From assembly GCA_004431415.1 (NCBI GenBank), contig QPMI01000602.1, forward strand, positions 62,001 through 126,000: 64,000 bases of DNA. The letters run 5' to 3'. Positions 58,029-64,000 of the stretch are shown in pieces. This DNA comes from Cyanophora paradoxa CCMP329 (lineage: Eukaryota; Plantae; Glaucophyta). The position numbers and the translations under genes are program-made. The notes under the pieces were generated by a model. It was not told the DNA's origin. It ran no database searches and saw only the letters and a program-made list of their open reading frames with translations. The number at the start of each line of letters is the position of its first letter. The stretch's first letter is position 1.

Positions 58029-60268
58029 ATGACGACGATTCAGAAGGTGCACGCCGCCGCGCTGCCTCCGTCCGCCACCGCTCTTGCACTGATGCAACCC
58101 GCGCGGCGCTCTCGGCGCGAATCAGATCAAAGAGATTGAAGAAGGTGCCTAGAGTTGTTCCGAAGCGCGGCGCCGCGCGTTTCTCACGATGAATCTGCTG
58201 CGCAGAGGTCAGGACTCACCCGCTCCACCGACTGGCGCCGGCGCTCAGCAAAAACGAAGACCTGATTCCGTGCTTGACGTCGATCGCCTCGCAGATGAAC
58301 AGGACGCAGAAGAACAAGGCGACTGCGTTCCATCTAGGGCAGCTCAAAGCGAAGCTCGCGAAGCTGCGGCGAGAGCTGCTCGAGCCTTCTGGCGGCGGCG
58401 GCGGCGGCGCTGGAGGCGAAGGCGCGCGCCGCCGGCGCTCGCAGTGTGTCGCCGTGCTCACCACCGCTCAGGCTTCGATGTCACGAAGAGCGGCGATTCT
58501 CGCATCGGGCTTGTGGGCTTCCCCTCGGTCGGCAAGTCGACTCTGCTGTGCAAGCTGACCGGCACGCATTCCGAGGTCCGGTGATGCACAGTGTCCCCTC
58601 CACTACCTCCCACGCCGCTGCCCCCAGGTCGCAGCGTACGAATTCACCACCCTCACATGCATTCCGGTGCGCCTGCTCGTTTTGAAGTGTGTGGCTCCGC
58701 GCTGAGGTTCTCCTAGGGCACCATCGCCTACAAGGGCGCGCGGCTGCAGCTTCTGGATCTTCCTGGTGCGCTCGCGCCGCGCCGCGCGCGCCGTTGCGAG
58801 GACGAAGGGCCGCAGGTATCATTGAGGGCGCCAAGGACGGCAAGGGTCGCGGTCGGCAGGTGCGGAGCGCCGCCGCCGTGCAGCAGTCCTTGGATGTTGT
58901 GCGATCGGCGGCCGCCTTCAGGTCATTTCGACAGCGCGGACGTGCAACCTCATTATTATCGTGCTCGACGCGCTGAAGCCCCTCGGACACAAGCGGATCA
59001 TCGAGGTGAGGCGGGCGGGGTCGCGGATCGTTCACCGCCGAGCGCCGCGGCTGACCGGTCTGCCGCAGCGCGAGCTGGAGGGGTTCGGCATCCGCCTGAA
59101 CAAGCAGCCGCCGAACATCAGTGCGCAAATCCCCTCGCCTGGCACGAGCGTGCCGGCGCCGACGCGGGGGAGGCAGCCTTCAAGCGGAAAGAGCGGGGCG
59201 GGATTAACTTTATGACGACGCTGCCGACGACCCACCTGGACCTCAACACCGTCAAGGCCATCCTCTCCGAGTACCGCATCCACAACGCCGACGTGCGCCG
59301 GCCTCGCGCGGCATCGAACTCGAGCGCGCCGGCGCCGCCGACCGGCGCCGCCTCGGCAGGTGACCCTCCGCTGCGACGCCACCGCCGACGACCTCATCGA
59401 TGTCATCGAGGGCAACCGGTGCATTCTTCGTCTCAATTGAAGACCCGGCGACCACTTGGCTCTTACCGGTCCCGCAGCGTCTACATACCCTGCGTGTACG
59501 CCCTGAACAAGATCGACCAGGTGCGGCGCGGCCGCGCTCTTGCGCCCCCTGGGGCGTGCCAACCTCTCCGCCAGATCACGATCGAAGAGCTGGACGTCCT
59601 GGACAAGGTGCGGGGGGCCGCGCGCCAGGCCGACCCGCGTCGCGCCTGACGGCCCCCGCAGATCCCCCACTACGTCCCCATCTCGGGCCACCACGAATGG
59701 AACCTCGACGCCCTCGTGCGCCCCCGCCCCGGCGGAGCAGCCCGAGGGGCGCCCTCCTGCCTGAGGCGGGCGGCGCGCAGCTGGCCAAGTGCTGGGAGTA
59801 CCTCGCCCTCATCCGCATCTACACGAAGCCCCGCGGCCAGGCCAGGCCCCAAGCCCGCGCTTGGGCGGCACCGCCCTGAGCGCTCGTGCGCAGATCCCCG
59901 ACTACGAGATGCCCGTAGTCCTGCGAACCGTGGACGTGCGCCGCCCCTCTCCGCCTTCTCTCCCTTCGCAGTCTGATGGTCGCGCCCGGGCAGCCAACGG
60001 TGGAGGACTTCTGCAACCGCATCCACCGCACCCTCATGAAGCAGTTCAAGTAGTGCGTGCCCGGCGCAGCTCGCCGCCCCTCGCCTTCGTCTACCACAAA
60101 CGCCCTTCCAGCGCCTGGGTCTGGGGCTCTTCCGTCAAGCACAACCCCCAGAAGGTGTCCCTTGTGTGGGTTTTCTTTGGTGGCTTTTGCTGACCCTCCG
60201 CGCCTGTGCAGGTCGGCAGGGACCACGTCCTTTGCGACGAGGATGTCGTGCAGATCGTCAAGAAGTGA
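58029..60268 (+). CDS. DRG1: Developmentally regulated GTP-binding protein 1
   Basis: [72 protein letters not shown] domain ending [10 protein letters not shown]. Confidence 0.95.
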
Positions 60269-60683
60269 GCGGACCTGGTGACCGCGCTTGCAAAGTCCTT
60301 GCAATACCCCGGCCCTCCGGCCGCTCCCCCGGCGCCAGTATGTGCACGTGGAGGGTCATTGTACTAGTGCAATTTCGTGCGAAATTCAAGCATGCACGCT
60401 CAGCTGCAGGCCTAGGGCTCCAGGCCTAGGGCGTGCGCGGCTGCGCTAGCGCTAGCGCTCGCGCTAACAGCGTCCTACATTTACGTTGTACATGTACCAG
60501 TACATGCGGAGCGCTAGCGCTAGCGCCGGCGCCAGCGATTGCTCGAGCTGCGCTACCCCCCCCTTTCTGCCCCCCCCCCCCCCCCCCCTTTTCAGCCACC
60601 GGGCTTGTCAGTCCTGGCTTGAGCGGCAACGACCGGGCCCACGCACCGCGGCCAAGCGCAAGAGCCTCGGAGCTAGGACGGAA

Positions 60684-62867
60684 ATGATGGACGAGAAGGC
60701 CGCAAATAAGCTCAAGGTGGCGGAGCTGCGGGATGAGTTAAAGAAGCACGGTATGCGAATCGATAAGATCGTCGCGCGCGAACGTCCGCCTTCGATGTCT
60801 GATCGATGCATCGAACCAGGTCTGCCGACCGACGGCATCAAAGCCATCTTGGTCAAACGCTTGGTGGAGTTCTTTGCGCTGCAAGAGGCTTCCGCGTCTG
60901 AAAGCGTTTCCGAGGCCGCCCCCGCCGCGCCGGAGAAGCCGGCACCGGCTGCGGAGCCTGCGGCAGCGCCTGCAGAGAAGCCGCCCGCGCAAGCCGCTGC
61001 CAAGCCATCTGCGTCGTCGAACACGGCCGCGCAGCAGCCAGCAGACATTGGGGTAGGCTGGCTGCAGCTCGTTCGCATACGCCGCCCGGTCTGATCAAGC
61101 TTGGCAGGGCGCGGATGCTCCGGAGGTTACAGTTTCAGCCCCCAAGAAGCAGAAACTGAGTGCAGACGGTGCGTAGCTTGCACACAATAAGATGAGGGGC
61201 GCGGTTCCACCCTTGTGCAGGAGAGGCACCCCCCGCGGCCCCGCCGGCGAGCGCGATGGAGATTGAGAAGACTGAAGCGAATGCTGCGAGCGTGCCTCAG
61301 CCGCTGGCACCCGCCGCTGCGCCGCAAGCGCCCCCCGCGGCAGCGGGAGCTTCGCCCGCGAGGAAGTCCGCGAAGCGCAAGAGCGTGGAGCAGACCCCCG
61401 AGCCGCAGGCTAAGGAAGCACCCGCAAAGGCGGCTAGTGAATCGAAGCCCGAGAAGGCGAAGGCTCCGGAGGGTGAAGCCAAAGGCGCTGAGCCGGCCTC
61501 AATGACGCCAAGCGAAACGCCCGGGCAAGCGGCTGCGCCTGACGCGAAGCCAGCGCCTGCTGCGGACACGAAACCAGCGCCGTCGCAGCCGGCCTCCACG
61601 ACATCCAGCGGAACGCCCGGGCAAGCGGATGCAGCGAACGCGAAGCCAGCGTCCTCGGAATCTTCGGCAGCGACATTCCAGCGACGCAAGGCGAAGATTG
61701 TGTCGCAGGGGAGGGGTGGGACATCCCAGGGCGAGGCGACCGGAGCGGCGCCGGCGGAGGGGCGCTCGCCGCCCCCGCGGCCGAAGCAGGCGATCGAGCC
61801 GATCGTGTTCAAGGAGGCCGCACGGCCCGCCCCCATCAGCACCTCGCCGCCCGCCATCCCGACGGGCGAGGAGCCCTCCTCGGCCCCCACCCCGTCGTCG
61901 GCCCGCGCCCGCCGCTCTCCACCCGCCGCACCAGCCGCCCCGAGTGCCGGAGGGACGCCGCGCGATGAGAGACTCGGTGCTGCCGCCCGCCACTCGCTCC
62001 TCCCGCCGCGAGCTCACTGGCAGCGCAGTGCCGGCATCGCGCAAGCCCCCGACTGAGATCGTGCTCATCTCGCACCTCAAGAGGCCTTTCACCGAGCCTT
62101 CGGCGCGCCCAGCTGCCCTCCGTATTAGCGCGCCCTCTCATCGCTGATCCCGTACTCAGCTCCGTGAGCTCCTCTCGGGCTTTGGAAAGGTGCAGAACGT
62201 ATGGCTCGACTCGATCAAGTCCAAGTGCTTCGCAACGGTGCGCCACCCCAGGCAGGCCAGCACGGCCTGCTTGCCCCTCATCCCTTTCGGCAGTTTGAGA
62301 GCGCAGAGGAGGGCGCCGCGTGCCGCGAGGGGCTCTACAATCTCCTGTGGCCCCCGAGGACAGGGCAGAAGCTGCACGTGGAGTTCTTCACAGAAGCAGA
62401 GGTGCACCGCTCGCGTCCAAGAACATCCCGAGCCTGAAGCCCTGTGCAGATGCAGCGCGCCATCGAAGGGAGCCAGGCATCGGCTAGCAGCGCCCCTACA
62501 CGCCGCGGGCCGCAGGGCGGCGTCGCGGCAGCAGCGGCCGCTGCTGCCGCTTCCGTGCGTCCCCAGGAGGGGGCTCGCCGGGAGAGGGATGGGGGCCCAG
62601 CCGCTGCCAAAGCCACACACGATCAAGGGGCGCGCCATCGCGAGGTACGCGCCACCCACGTGTGCGTTCACCTTTCCCGCTGCTGAGCTGCTGCAGCGCG
62701 AGGAAGCTGCAGGGCCACGGTCGCTGGACGAGCTGTTCCGCAAGACGCGCACACGACCTCACATCTACTGGCTCCCGCTGGACCCAGCTGTGGTCGCGGC
62801 CAAGCGGGCTGCACAAGCAGCCGTCACAGGCGGCTCCCCTGAGCTCGATGAGAAGGCCGCAGAGTAA
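60684..62867 (+). CDS. ACIN1: Acinus-like splicing factor (SAP + RRM + RSB motif)
   Basis: SAP LKVAELRDELKKHGLPTDGIKAILVKRL; RRM HLKRPFT...WLDSIKSKCFATF; RSB LDELFRKTRTRPHIYWLPL. Confidence 0.9.
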
Positions 62868-63154
62868 TGTATTGATCTGTGTCACACAGAGGAACGTATT
62901 GCATGTGCATCGCTGCGTGCACTGTGTCATGCACTGTGGCATGCTCCTCTGCATGCGCACTCGATTTTAATGCGATTTCAAGGTGGGCGGCTTGCGTTTG
63001 TTCAACTGTTCGAATTCAATTTCAATGCGCTGTGAGCGCGCAGCATTCCTCACTGCCAGTCAAATTGCAAGCTGACATCAATGAAATAAGACATTTATTT
63101 GTCTGATGGATTAAGCCATGACTATGTCCAAAACGATTGCAATCATCCGCGCCT

Positions 63155-64000
63155 CTAAGCAGCAGGAACCGGTGGAAGCAAACTGCATACGACCTCCAGC
63201 AGAGCACAAATATTCTCCTGCAGGGAGGCGCTGTCAGAGAGAATGAGCGCATTCAGAAAACAGAAATTTAAAGAACCTGCAGCTGCGTCTTCTGCCCATC
63301 TGATGCGGAGACCTTCACGAGCAAGAAGGCGACAGTGTGAGAAGGTGTGAGAAAGAGAAAATAGCAGCAGCACCTCAGAGATGGAATCCTTTGTTTTCTG
63401 AATGAGAACTCTTAAAGTGTCTCTTTCCTTGGAAAGCCTGGCTAGTCGTGTAGAGGCTCTTGACTCCTCAATCGATGCCCTGCAATCTCGCATGCGGGCA
63501 ACTTCATCTTCTGATCCGGAAACAGCCTTGTTCTCGAGCTCCGAAATGCGAGCATGCGCGGTGGCTAAGTCTTGCCCCATTGCGGTCAGAGCCCGCTCCA
63601 GGGCCGCATTGGCCTGCTTGAATGCAATTATGCGAGTCTCGCTGCGCGCCTCGGATTCCTTGAGTGCCGAAATCTCTTGTTGAAGGGTTCCAGCCCGGCG
63701 CTCAATCCGCTCATGCTCCGAGTCAAGAGCGGCCCTCAGCTGTGTATTTTTATTACAGGCGCTTCGCAGGCCAGGGCAGCGACGCACTTCAGTTTGAATT
63801 TCCAATAGTTCCTGTCGCTGCGCCGCTGCGGTTTCAATCCTTGCAAAGTTTTGAATTTGGTTTTCGCGAGTCTTCTCTAATCTGATGCCGTACGTCCGGT
63901 CAACACGCGCGCCGCAGCGCATGTGCGCGCGCGAACGTACTCCAACTGCAATTGCCTGACGCGCTCCTCGAGCTGACGCTTGTCTTCAGCGAGCGACTTG
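63155..64000 (-). CDS. Coiled-coil protein, partial (5' end outside window)
   Basis: Long heptad-rich reading frame; ends uncertain. Confidence 0.5.

Noticed and set aside
22369-64000. Naming the host species
   Set aside because: Cilia genes, high GC and short GC-AG-rich introns suggest a flagellated alga or protist (a glaucophyte is one guess), but the sequence alone cannot establish it.

Overview
Eukaryotic (flagellated protist) genomic DNA in two compartments. (1) About 2.1-22.3 kb is an AT-richer, intronless, tightly packed endogenous Polinton-like/Maverick-type dsDNA virus. It encodes a protein-primed PolB, an rve integrase, an A32/FtsK packaging ATPase, a double-jelly-roll major capsid, two paralogous minor capsids, two HNH-AP2 endonucleases, a patatin phospholipase and a ~1,840-aa phage-type fibre with an autocleaving S74 chaperone. 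Its right end is repeat-rich and abuts a 5'-truncated host TmcB-like gene. On the left it is interrupted at ~2110 by a second, unidentified element (594-aa orphan ORF, structured 3' region, (CT)n end), so the left viral terminus is outside the window. The four breaks I found in viral genes are all single-base deletions with no independent nonsense codons, so the virus may be intact. (2) About 22.4-64 kb is very GC-rich host DNA with many 50-90 nt introns, an unusual GY-N-CGC donor consensus and frequent GC-AG introns. Host genes: TmcB-like, transporter-like/GT15 fusion candidate, UBAP2L-like, a type I membrane protein, SLC38-like transporter, NEK kinase, IQ protein, F-box protein, meckelin/TMEM67, DRG1 (with an apparent 2-nt micro-exon), Acinus and a partial coiled-coil gene. 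Most long ORFs in the supplied track over the GC-rich part are shadow ORFs. All family calls come from motifs read by eye; no searches were run.
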